NCBI GenBank assembly: GCA_004022145.1
Contig: RCNU01000005.1
Source of the DNA: Paecilomyces variotii
Lineage: Eukaryota
Strand: one strand, 5' to 3'
Length of the DNA stretch: 64,000 nt
A program made the translations under genes and the position numbers. Position 1 is the first letter of the stretch. Each line of letters opens with the position of its first letter. Shown here one piece after another: positions 38,869 to 51,351 of this stretch. Under the pieces are notes generated by a model. That model worked only from the letters and a program-made list of their open reading frames with translations, was not told the DNA's origin and made no database searches.

Positions 38869-41370
38869 ATGGATTATCAGACCATCAATATGGCTGGCGA
38901 TGCTTCGCACGATGCTGCTGACAATTTATCTTTCCTTTCGGACTCCACTATCAACTGCGGACGTCCGGAAGAAGAGGGTCACTGTGATGCTGATGCACCC
39001 CTAGAAGGCCACAATAATGCGGAATTCACGACGCAGCGTGAAACTGTCACGTCAAGGCAAACCTTCACGTCAGGGCAAAGCTTCACGCCGCGTTCGCTCC
39101 TTGTCGGCCTGTTCATTGGCACGCTGATAACGTTCTCTAATACTTATTTTGGCTTACAAACCGGTTGGGTCAGTAGTATGGCGATGCCATCATCCCTTAT
39201 CGGATTCGCCATGTTCAAGGCGCTGTCGAAACATCTCTCATTTCCCTTCAGTCCGATTGAGAACGTCTTGATCCAGACTGTAGCAGGAGCAGTGGGGACG
39301 ATGCCACTGGGGTGTGGCTTCGTTGGTGTGATACCTGCGCTGGAGTATCTGCTCCGCGAGGGCGAGGACGGGCCAGGTGGAGATGGTGGCAAAGGTGAAG
39401 GTGGTCCACTGAATGTCAGTTTCTGGAAGTTGGTTGTATGGAGCCTTGGAGTCTGTCTGTTTGGGGTTGTGTTCGCAGTCCCTCTGCGAAAGGAGGTTAT
39501 TGTGCGCGAGAAATTGAAGTTTCCCAGTGGCACAGCGACTGCATTGATGATCAGGGTTCTACATGGCGGCGCCAAAGATGAAAAGGCGAAGAACAGACAC
39601 GAGCGGGTTGCACATGGGCCAGAAGGCGAGGGACTCCTCGCCTCTAATCAGTCGCGGAGCGCGCGTCCTTTGCGCAGGATACGAACAACAGAGAGCAGAG
39701 CAGATAGGCGAAAGAACTGGACGTCAAACATCCGGATGCTTATCGGCGCCTTTGCATTCTCTGCTTTCTATGTAAGATATGATATCGCGTGCGCTTCCTT
39801 CTCGTTCGTTGTGGCTGACGAGCGTTAGACACTCTTCTCCTATTTCGTCCCTCAAATACGGGATATACCAATCCTTGGACTTTCGCTCTCATCCCACTGG
39901 CTGTGGAGTTTGAACCCTTCACCAGCATATGTCGGTCAAGGTATCATTATGGGCCCCTCTACCTCGATGCACATGCTTTTCGGAGCCGTGCTAGGCTGGG
40001 GTATTTTGTCCCCCCTTGCAAAGAAGAAAGGATGGGCATCGGGCCCTGTTGACAACTGGGAGACCGGAAGCAAGGGCTGGATCGTGTGGGTATCTCTGGC
40101 TATCATGCTGAGCGACTCCATTGTCAGTCTAGGCTGGCTCATCCTTAAACCTATCGTGCACCGTGCTCCTGAATGGAAGACCGGACTGCTTTCCATCCAT
40201 AGAGACTGGAAAGGGACCCTGAGGAGACTCAGGCCGTCCTCATCTGGTAGCTACTCTATTCTCAACCCCTTGTCAGACGCATCTCTGGCACCAGCTAGTC
40301 GGCTACAGAATCCATCCAGCGACGAAGATGAGGATGACGCGCCGCCATCGCAACTCATCTCCACGCGAACAGTCCTCATCCTTCTCCCGTTAACACTGGC
40401 ACTGAATGTGGTCTGTATCCACATCGCATTCGGAGACATTATATCCCCTTTCCTCTCCACAATCGCCACACTTCTTGCGCTTATCTTATCGGTGATGGGC
40501 GTTCGCGCCTTGGGAGAGACCGATCTGAACCCAGTTTCCGGAATCAGCAAACTCACCCAGCTACTTTTCTCACTTGTCACACCTGCATCTCAGCACACGC
40601 GTCGAAGCGCAATCGTAACGAATCTCCTGGCCGGCGCCGTCTCCGAATCCGGTGCCCTCCAAGCCGGTGATATGATGCAGGATCTCAAAACAGGCCATCT
40701 GCTTGGAGCCAGCCCGAAGGCCCAGTTCTACGGCCAACTCATTGGCAGTCTTTTCGGCGCTGTGATTTCAACAGTCGTCTACAAGATGTACGTCCATGTT
40801 TACGACGTGCCAGGACCTATGTTCCAGATACCCACAGCATATGTCTGGATATTCACGGCACGCCTCGTCACGGGTCAGGGTCTCCCCCCGATGGCCTGGC
40901 AGGCAGCTATGATCATGGGGGCGATCTTCGTCGTCCTAACTATCCTGCGCATCCTTGGTGCACCCTCCACCGTAGGTAAGGGCCGTCGCTCTGCGCCCTG
41001 GAGGAACTGGATTCCTGGCGGCATCGCCGTCGCGGTGGGGATGTACAATGTGCCCTCCTTCACTCTGGCGCGCGCCATCGGTGGTCTCATCGCCTGGTGG
41101 TGGGGTTGGAAGGACCAGAGACCACGAGCGACTCAGTTTCGTCGGAAACCGAACAGGAGAACGCAATGCACCACTGATGAGGCTATCGCCAGCGACCGCG
41201 GGGTGGAGGTGGACGTAAATGAAGAGGAAGAGGAACAAGAGCTAGATGAAGAAGCAGAAGATGAGTCGTCTTCAACCGTAATCGTTTTGGCTTCGGGGCT
41301 CATCCTTGGTGAAGGAGTGATCAGTATCGTGAACCTGATCCTTGCCAGCGGCGGAGTACCGCATCTTTGA
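38869..41370 (+). CDS. OPT superfamily transporter, YSL-like clade (yeast YGL114W-like); intron 39772-39828
   Basis: FTPRSLLVG, NTYFGLQTGW, ENVLIQT, LKFPSGTATA, SPAYVGQGIIMG, GETDLNPVSGISK, MQDLKTGHL, ASGLILGEG. Confidence 0.92.
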
Positions 41371-42389
41371 TACCATTTCTAGATTAGATAGCTAGCCGTC
41401 TCAATTTTGGAAGACGAGATGCATTTAAAAGTTACAACACCTCAATCTACCATCTTTGGATTGTTGGTGGAGAACTGCAACCGTCCCTGTGTACGCCGTA
41501 GGATAGTACTGCCTAGCGTGATCTTTGGTTTTCAAGTATGTACATTGTAAGCTGGTAGGATATACGCGGCTATGCTATGCTAATGCTCATGCTGGGCGGT
41601 GAAATGGATACAGTAGAAAGTTTGATAGTATGGAGTGGCATATACCGTGCACTGTGCAGTAACGCTATTATCGCCATGTCACCGCTCGATGTTCGACACT
41701 AGGTCTTTTCACTTCTAATCGTCGCTATGGGAACAGATGATCCGAGAGGAACTGTATGACCGGACCATGCTCCTGAAGAAATGCCAAGAGATCTAGCTCG
41801 CTGCCACCGTATCAGACAAAAAAGAGAAACGAAGAATAAAAATGACATGCATTCGGCGGCCTCTAACCGCAAAAAGAAAATGTAGAAGCTGCAACGTAGT
41901 GGTACAATATGGGACAAAGATAAAACATGACCACTGTCAACGGCCTCGTAACCGGGGGTATTAGAAATGAAGGGGTCAAATGTGACCAGAAGACTCTGTG
42001 GTCCCAGCAGAGAAGGGAAAGGTGACAAAGAGGTCAGACAATGACCAAATGATAGAACATGGGGAGTTGGACAGTGAAGAGATAATAAACAAAAGTAGAG
42101 ACAAATTCGGCCTCCTCCAGGAGGACTGCATACTGAATCGGGAAACCTCAGGTTCCATCCACTCATTCTTCTGCGACTAGCTCAACTGTGCGAGTGCACA
42201 ACAACCCGGTGATGTACGAGATCAATATAGACAGGAGACGCGCAGAAAAGAAAGTTGTCGTCTGTTGAATCGGTGATTTCCATGGCAATTCGTCGCGGAC
42301 GAAGAACAATATCGAATTTCATTCAGGGTGGGCGTTAAGTTGACGGAAGTCGTCAATAGCACGTTGATCATGGCATATTGCTAGATCAA

Positions 42390-44609
42390 CTACAGTGCTT
42401 GGCCCGGGACTAGCTTCCTCTCGATAGGCCCACGATTCGCTCCTAGATCTGATGTTTGGGATCTCGGAGGGAGTCCAGCTAGGGGACTCGGCGCTGGAGG
42501 ACCATTGCGAGAGTAGTTTCCAACAATTCCGCTGGCGCTGTTGCTACGTCTCCGCTGGCTGACCGGCGCGGACGGCTTCTGCAGACCAGGTGGCCCGTAA
42601 GGTCCCGGGCTCATAGATCTCTGGGGAGGAGGTCTAAATCCTGGTCCGGGAGACATAGAACGCGAGACTGGGAATTGAGCAGGAGACATAGGTCGGCCCT
42701 GGGGCGGCGGACGAGGGGGTCCAGCATGTGCTGGGCCTGCGGGGGACATGGAACGACCACCCTGGGGATAGAAACGAGGGGACTGTGCCGGACGCCCAGG
42801 ACCTCCAGCTGGGGACATCGGGCGCCCATTAGGGCCCGTCATCGGAGGAGGGCCACGAAGAGCGGGCCCACTGCCAGATGGGCGAGACCGAGGTTTGACC
42901 GGGCGAGCAGAGAGACAGGTTCGAGGAGCAACACCTTGTTGAGAACGGTCCATACGAATGCAGAGAGCCTTGGTCATTTGTTAGTTCCATAGTCATAACA
43001 GAAAGGGCAGAAAACTTACCCAGCCATCATCATACTCGTGAAGAAGCCTGACAAGCTGGCCAGCCTTGAGTTCGAGCTCATCGTCCATTGAAGGGTTGAA
43101 ATCCAGTTGGACGCGGTGGACGTTACTTGGGGGAGGTCCGCCAGGAACAGGCGCACCAGTAGCCGCAACCGCACCTGCACTGACAGAGCCTGCCGGGCTG
43201 GGCGGTAAGGGACCTGTGGGAGCTGGGGATGCTGGTCTCGTTTCAAATTTATGACCGTTGGGAGGCTGATCCTTTCGTTCTTGGGCGGAACTGACGGCTT
43301 CTCCCACAGCAATTCCAATCGCAGCACCAGCTGCAGTTTCGCCAATCGCAGCACCTCCAGGCAGGACGCCTGAGTCGCGAATAGGCATGTCTGCGCTGCT
43401 GATCTCAGAAGCGTCACTCGCAGCAGAGGAGGCTGGAGGACTAGGCATCGCCGCATGGTTTCCGAAGGGATTGACGGGGTCGCTGAAAGGATTCTGGGGG
43501 CTTCCACTAGACTTTGGAGGAGTCGGCGGGCTGACAGAGTTACCGGTAAGATTGCGTGATACCATGCCATTTGCAACAGCACCAGTAGCGGCAGTAGCGG
43601 CAGCAGCAGCAGCAGCAGGATTTGCGTTACCGGGATTGCTTTCCATATTGAGATCGGGCGCAAACTGTGTGATAGGGCGGACATTGAGCTGAGGAGGCTT
43701 CGAAGGTGTCGTCGACTGCACCATTGGTGGAGGCGGAGCAGGTACTGGCTTTTCACTAGGCGCAGGGGGTGCAGGGGCTGCGAAGGACTTCTCGTCATCC
43801 TCCGCAAGCATCTTCTGGTGTTGCTTCTTCTTATGAAGCCAGAAGAGAAGCAGACTGGCGATCATTATGACACCAGCGATGATGCCAATAGCCAATCCTG
43901 CCTTTGCCCCGGCTGACATGCCCTGAGAGCTCGAGTCTTTGGTGCTAGTTGAAGTAGAAGCAGCTGAGGAAGCTGTAGCAGCAGCCTGGTTGATACCTGC
44001 TGCAGCATTGGTCAAGGATGATGCAGCAGTAGCAGCGGTCGCAGCCGTAGCCACAGCAGTTTGCAGAGTGGTTTGAACCGCAGACGTCCTCGAACCCGCG
44101 TGGGTGATAGCAGTAATTTGATCTGCGGTAGCAGTCGCAGTCGATGGCTCGATTGCAGTTGGAGCCTTGTTCGATTCTTTCGCCGAGTGAGTTGCTTCTT
44201 CCGTGGCCTTTGACGCGGGTTCCGTACGTTCTGTTGTGCGTGTCTGCTGAACAGGAGCTCCAACTCCTACGGCACCTCCTACTCCGGCCGCTGCGCTGGT
44301 CGCCTGTTCAGATCCAGCCGTCTGCTGAACAGGAGCACCAACTCCCACGGCCGCTCCAGCTCCTGAATCTCCCGAATCGCTGTTATCCATCGTCTTATAT
44401 CCGCCGATCGGGCCGTCGAAAGTTGCAGGCATCGTTACATAGACAACTTTAGGGGCCTTTCTGCTGTCGTATTCATTGTCGCCAGTGTCATTGATATTGT
44501 TCTCAGTTGCGTCACCATCGTCGCTGCCGCCGAAGCCGTTCAGGATATTGTCAATCAAACCCCGCCTCTTGTGGGCAGCATGGCCATGATGGCTATGACC
44601 GTGGACCAT
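42390..44609 (-). CDS. Single-pass membrane protein with an Ala/Thr/Ser-rich ectodomain and a cytosolic SH3 domain (Fus1-like architecture); the true start may lie upstream
   Basis: TM segment GAKAGLAIGIIAGVIMIASLLLFWLHKKK. SH3 VHRVQLDFNPSMDDELELKAGQLVRLLHEYDDGW|ALCIRMDRSQQGVAPRTCL. Pro-rich tail with RSMSP repeats. Confidence 0.88.
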
Positions 44610-46325
44610 GATGGATCTATCTGGGAACGCTGTATCGCGTTGTCGTACGACGACTGTGGTGATGTGTAGTAGTGAATCTGTCGAAGGCGACCTGTGAATG
44701 TGTTAAGCAGTATCGATAGAGACGCGCAAAGGGGCCACTGCCACGAAGGCGCGCTCTCGCCGCGTTCAAAGAATGTGCTATGTCCTACTCGAGGACGAGA
44801 GAAGGAGGGATAACGAAGGGCAACAGACTACAGCCTGTGCAGGTCGATAAAAGAAGGGCGACGAGCAACCAGGCCGCAAGAATGCAGTCGTGGATGAAAA
44901 CCACGAAAGGGAATGAAGGCGGTGCCCAAGGGAGAGGACGAAAAGAAGGAGAAGAACAGAAGTCGCCGTGGGGGTGAGAAATCGAGGGTTGCAGGGAAAG
45001 AATGGAGGAGAGTGAATGCCAGGGCGGCCGGGCGGTTGTACTGTAACGATGGGCCGTTTTACTGCGTAATATACGGCTGGAATACCCGCATCTGAGACGG
45101 GATGACGGGTCTATCGGGAGCAATTGTTTGGCCCGTAATAATACCGCTCTTGGTTATTACAGGACATGACAGGATGACCAGACCCCAATTGATGGTGTTG
45201 TTCGCCGCCCTGAGGAATCCCTTCGCTTCTCCGCGCATATCAAACAGACTATCCGGCGCCATCCACGGCTCCTCGTCGACTGTGGCTCCAAGGATAACAC
45301 TAAAGAAGTAAAGCGCCAGGAACGGCACCGGGCTTTCTCGCCGCTAGAAAGATCCGGCAAGAGGACCCTCCGAAAAAGCACTGATTCAGTCCCAATGCGT
45401 GGTTTTTCCCAGGAGTAGTGCTCGCAGCGTCAGGCACTATGGCCATGATTGGCCTGATATCCCGCGTTGGGATCCCCCGTCACAGTGGAAAACATTAAAC
45501 AAAACAAAAATGGAAACCAGGGGTGTCCATGAGTTCCTCGGACAATAATATCATTCAGTCGGGCAAAGCATCAAAGGCAGTATTAGTTACTGTACATCCT
45601 CTGACACTGTGATGCAGCTGGACACCTTTGCGGACAGTGGTCAGTGCGATCAGCCACAAGAGCACGATGGTACTCGGGATCCTATCCAGGCCGCTATTCG
45701 CATGTTGCCGGCTATCATAATTTAATCTCGCCCCCGTCGCACTGACGTCGGTGTAGAGCACAGTCGTCGTGGAGATAATAATACCGGCCACCACGAGGTG
45801 TCTTCTAGCAGGTGGGGAATCACAGTCCTTGGTGATTTTGAGGATTGATTGGACCGCTCCACTCGATATGATTATTAGCGGTGTATTGTGATCCTTGGCC
45901 TCGGCAGCCTCGGGGAGTTCCTTGGGCATCGGCGAAACAAACGAACTGCCGTTGACGACTCAGCGTTACAAACACCATAGTTTAAGGCCAGGGTCTCCGC
46001 TGGCACCTTTCCAATACGACTTCTGTTGCGATCATGGCATCATGCTGTGTACTAAGGCTGATCCTCGGAAATAAAAGGCGCGTGAATCGCGATAGTCATA
46101 TTAGGTGATCTTCGCTTCTCCGAGATTTTTCCAGAACTTTAGATTGAAGAGGGTTGAACCAGGTGCTAAGGTGAGTGTATCATATTTAGATGACGGCCCA
46201 GCAAGATCTCCTTTCCTGCATCTTTGCCTCCATCGTTCGCTAAATTAATGAAATGGTCTACCCGAACTTTGACGGGACGTGTCATTGGCCCATGGGCCCC
46301 GGGATCCGATACCGTCCAAAACGTC

Positions 46326-47767
46326 TCACGTCGTCAGAAACGGATGATGAAGAGCCTGCGTATTGTTAATGTTCGAAACTCAAATCCTATGAAGCTGGAT
46401 TTCACACCTCTGTAGCTGAGATTCTCTGCCCGGTCTCGTAGCAAACCAGCTTGCTCACTAGGTCGCGGCCCTTGGACGAAGCTCCTTTCAAGATTTCCTC
46501 CCACGTTTTAGGGGGATACTCATAGAATTCCATTTTCCCCCAGTCGGGAAGTCTTATGCACTCCTGTGCTTCTTGTCAGTGACACACTTACACCCTATTG
46601 CAATTGTCCCACGCACCGGCCAGGTCTTTTCATTAGGAGTTCCCAGGGTCTGGAAGATAGACGAAATGAGCGACAGCTCACTTCCAATAGGCCCAGAATC
46701 GAAGAGCTGTTTGTGATTCACATCGATGGCTTCGGCAACCACACAACCAGCAGACCAAAGATCGAAAGAAGTGTCATATGTCTTGGAGCCAAATAAGATC
46801 TCTGGCGGCCGGTAACATGTTGTTCCCACATCTATAATCTTCTGATCTGGTGGTTCAGAGTCAGGATCTCCTTCTTTCCAGGCAATCCCGAAGTCAGCCA
46901 GATAGGCAGGCCCCGCTGGTGATGCTAATAGGATGTTTGACGGCTTCACATCTCTATGGATAATTCCCTGCGAGTGGACATGCGCCAAGGCATGGAACAG
47001 ATCACGCAGATGCGATTTGATCTGGGCGACCGTCAGAATATCACCGTGTAGCAAGTCCTGAAATACATGTCTCATAAATGGGAACACTAGAATGAGCCTG
47101 CCTCCCAGAGTAAATGACTCCAGCAGCGGGATGACATGGTCCCCGGCAGCCTCACGCAAAATCCTGATCTCGCGTTTTGAATCGTGAGGTGCAGTCATCA
47201 GATGGGGTGTAGTCACTTTCAAAGCAACCAGACGTCCATCCTCGGTTTTCGACTTATAGATCGTCGACTGTAGCCCATCTTCATGATGGATGCAGTTCTT
47301 AAACTGGCCAATATCTATACCTTTCTCGGATGTTTCCTCCTCATCCCGTTTCTCAGGTAACTTAGGACTGCTTATCACCGCAGCCACCGAGTCTGTCGCT
47401 TCAGCTTCGTCGATCACTTTTTGGCATAACTCGTCATACTCCTCCTGAATGATATTACATAAGCAAACAGACCTGGCACTGAGCCAACATCCCAGGAAAA
47501 CTAACCTTTGAGGTGGCCTTCTCATAAGCTTCGTTCTCATATCTCTTTGCTTGCGACTGGGCTTCTGCGAAGGAAGCTGATGGCGAAGCTCGTCGATAGG
47601 CAGTTGTGCTAAAAACAACGTATAAGATGGGTTGTTTCTGAAGGGCATTGAATGTTCCGATGCAGGGCGTCTGCTTTTGTAATTTCTTGGTGCACTTACA
47701 TGGATTGTATTGCAATTAGTCTGTCCGTGAAGCCAAGTGTGGCTTTCCAGTCACTCTGTGTGGCCAT
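46326..47767 (-). CDS. CDK-related kinase, Cak1/Csk1-like CDK-activating kinase with an N-terminal KIX-like extension, 5 exons
   Basis: VALK, HRDVKPSN, DFG, VGTTCYRPPE, DLWSAGCV, LGTPNEKTWP|..LPDWGK, ALHHPF. The Gly-rich loop is degenerate (HEDGLQSTIY), as in monomeric CAKs. Confidence 0.85.
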
Positions 47768-48326
47768 GATATGGTGCTCAGCAATAATCTAAATACGATG
47801 TTTTGCAGCTTTCGTCATTAACAACTGAAGCGGTCCGAGGGTTGAGCTGCAGGCAGCGAATGTACTGTATGTCTCTCAATGCCTCCTCCTTGTGCAAGAG
47901 CCACCTCAAAATCGACAAAGGACAAGAAATACGATGGCCTGTTTTCCGCTTTAGATCAGATCATATATTGCTTTCCTTTTCCGGCGTCACTGATGCATCC
48001 AGTGTTCGCTTTGGGTATGCTGGAGTGTATTATTACTCTACGTATGACATGTGACTTCGCTAAGCTTCCCCGTCCCGGTCCGAAGCCCGGAGAGCCGCCG
48101 CCAGCCTTGTCAGGCAAGACAGCAGTCGTGCGACGAGGTCGCATCACTTCTTCCTCCTTCACTCCCTCAGATATCACCGTGTGTGCCAGACAGAGCTGGC
48201 TGGCGGGTTTCTGTATGATTGGATTCATCAATTGTCCTCTAAACATCATTCCATCCGCATAGCTAGTTTATTGTTATGACCCCCTCACCTATCCAATCTT
48301 ACTGAACACTCGTCGCATGAACCGCC

Positions 48327-51300
48327 ATGGACCTTTCGAGACAGGAATACCCAGCTTTGCTGGTAGGTGCATCTCTAATAGTGTATAGTAACTTGGATTT
48401 CACATGACTGATGCTTGCTTCTGGCGCAATAGGCTTGTTTACAGCCTAGCGAGGCGACGGCCGTGCTCAATGACCGCATACGTCTTATCAACAAGATCAA
48501 CACGGACATTTCGGATTGGCTTCAGGTACGCCATGCTTCGATTGCGCAGGCACTAGGGTGCTCCAAATTGCCTGTCTAAGTGTGATTGACTCTATGACAG
48601 GAGCGGAGGCGAGTGGAAGAACAATACGTTCAGGGTTTGCGGAAGCTTGCACGGCGCCCGCAATTGGACAACGGAGCGGCTCTGGGGTAAGACAGGTTTG
48701 AATGAGCGGAAGAGTGGATGACAGTCCGCTAAGATTTCTGGCAGGGTATTTCAAATTCCATGGCAGCGGATCGTCCAATCCACCGAGTCGCTGGCAGCAT
48801 CGCATGAGACATTAGCGCAGAAAATCGAGGAGGATGTCGAACGCCCACTGAAAGAATATGGAACCAAAAATCGTGAGCTTCAAACGATGCCAACGATCCA
48901 GAGCGACCTAGCTTCGCTTGCAAAGAGTCTTGAATCGGCCCAGAAGAAAGCGGAGAAGCTCAAGGAAAAAGGTCCCAAGGCCGCAGATAAGATGGCTGCA
49001 GCGATACAAGCGGTCGAAGAAGCCAACCAGCAGTGGGATTCCAGGGCTCCATTTGTCTTTGAGCAGCTTCAGGCTATTGATGAGAGCAGATCTAATCACC
49101 TGCGGGACGTCCTCACGCAATTGGAGACGCATGAGGTGGATCAGATCGAACGCAACAGGCAGACAGCAGAGAGCTGCTTGAACGTGCTGCTAAATACTGA
49201 GACCGCCGATGAGATTAAGACGTTTGCTGCGAAAATCAGTGGTGGAAGAGCGCCTGTGCCCAGACGACAGGATTCTTCAGCTGCTGCTGCTGCGGCTGCT
49301 GCCACATCTCCTCTTCCGCCTCCGCCACGAATTCAAGATGATGCCGAGAGTCAGCGCTCAGGAAGATCTGGTCACGGAAGACCACCACCAGGTATGTAGG
49401 CACCTAGTCTGCTTGTTTGATTGTCATCTGATAGGTATAGTCCCAGAGCCTAGGCACACGCCCCTTGGCGGCCTGAAACGGTTGGGTACAGTAATGAACC
49501 GAAGAAAGAGTATCGTCGCGAGTCCTAGTGGCAGTTTCTCTTTAGACAAGAAGCATCGGACTCCCTTTGTACCTTTCAGGAAAGGCGACTCATCGCGCGA
49601 TATGCAGATTCCCGAGTCGCCTACATCTTCCCCGCCACAAGACCAGCTAAGCGGTAGCCATATACCTCAAGACTCAATCTCTACGGAACCTGAGTATGCT
49701 CGGGGACCAAGTGAATCTAATGCTAGAGGAGATTTCGATGCGATCTCTCCAGCCCCAGAAGCCAATGTAGCGGCTACTAACGGTACCAACGGAACATTGC
49801 TTGGAGATCATCCAGGAGCAGGAGTAAATGTGGCGTCCAGTCCGGTACGTATAAAGGATATGTTAGTGCCAACCACAAATCTGATAATATTTGCAGCCGC
49901 AGACAGATTCGGAGGGCTACTCCGAACGACCACAAACTATCGATGAAATTACACGAGCGCAAAGAGAGGCTGCTGGGTACGTAAACAATGTGTACGCTCA
50001 CCTTGCAATTACTAATTCTTTCAATAGGTTGGAGGAACCGGGGTTAAACTTAACAATTCGAGACCAGCCGATCCGCGAAGATGAAAACGAGGCTCAGCAA
50101 GCGATAACCGAAATGGCAAATAAGTTGCGACTGGTATGATTGAACACCAAACACCGATCTCCTTGATTCCGCTGACGTTCTATACAGCAAGCTCAACAGT
50201 CAGGGGTCAGACGCAATGCTGGCACGATCAGAGGCCGGCGAGACGTCAGAAATACTGTCTTCATACCTAATCCACCTTTACCGGGCCAGGAAATCCCCGG
50301 TTTCGGCACCAGTGCCGAACCTTCTGTTCCAGTCTCTCCCCTCCCCCCAAGTAGACATGGTGTACGGCCCGGTAGCGCGGCAGAAGAACATGCTTTATCA
50401 GACACCACTTCGGTCCGCTCCTCTCATACGTTGCACAGTGTCTCTGGAGCAGTCTCCCACCCTGAGTTGCACGAACCTGGTTTGAACGCCTCGATTGTGG
50501 AGACTGTCAGCGCATGGTTCTCCGAAGGTGCAGTCACGAAGTCTTTCGTCGTCGGTGAGTTGGCGCTGGCATACAATCCAGCGGGAGAGATACCCTCCAA
50601 CTCTGTTGTCCGCCTGGAAAATTTCCCTTTGCTTGAGAAAGTAGCAGCAAACCCTCACTTCGTCCATGAAATTCCATCGGGGGACGAAGAGAAAAGAGGT
50701 CAATACAGCATTACACCGTCTGTCATTTCTCGTTCGCTACCGACAGTTGCTTTCAAATATCAAGTACACCTCAATTCCTCGGACTCCTCATACTGTCCCA
50801 TCATCTTCAACCCAGCCTGGAATATCGAGGAGTTCCAAGCAAGCGTCATTATACCCTACTCCCTCAATCCTTCATTTACGTCGTCCGGTCCGCTTCAGTC
50901 ATTAGTTCTCAAGAATGTCGTCATCACTGTTGGTTTGGACCTTTCGCCGGAGGACGAGGTGACAAAACAGCCCCGCGAAGTGGTCCGCGCGACTGGTGCT
51001 GTCATGTATCCTAACACAGGAGCCTCTTTCCGTCGCAAGCACTCAGCAGTTGTCTGGAAGATCCCGGAGCTTGAGGTGAAAGCAGGTACAGATGGCAAGC
51101 TCCTTGCGAGATTCTCCACCTCGTCAAGCTGGCCCAAGAAAGGGAAAGTGGAAGCCAAGTTTGAAGTCCGGTCTATTGACGCAAGAAAGAGGCTTGGTAT
51201 CACCACCCTGTCTGATGCGACCACGGAGGAGCCAAAGGATGTCGATCCTTTTGCAGATGAGGCCGCTGCCAGCCAGAGTCAGGAAACAAAGACATGGAAA

Positions 51301-51351
51301 GAAGTTCCTACGGTGCGCAAATTGGTCGCGGGCAAGTATGTCGCCTCGTGA
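48327..51351 (+). CDS. syp1: Muniscin Syp1/FCHO (F-BAR + mu-homology domain) endocytic adaptor, multi-exon
   Basis: MDLSRQEYPALL|...INTDISDWLQ|ERRRVEEQYVQGLRKLA (F-BAR), WDSRAPFVFEQLQ, GLNASIVETV...GELAL (muHD), and terminal RKLVAGKY. Confidence 0.88.
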
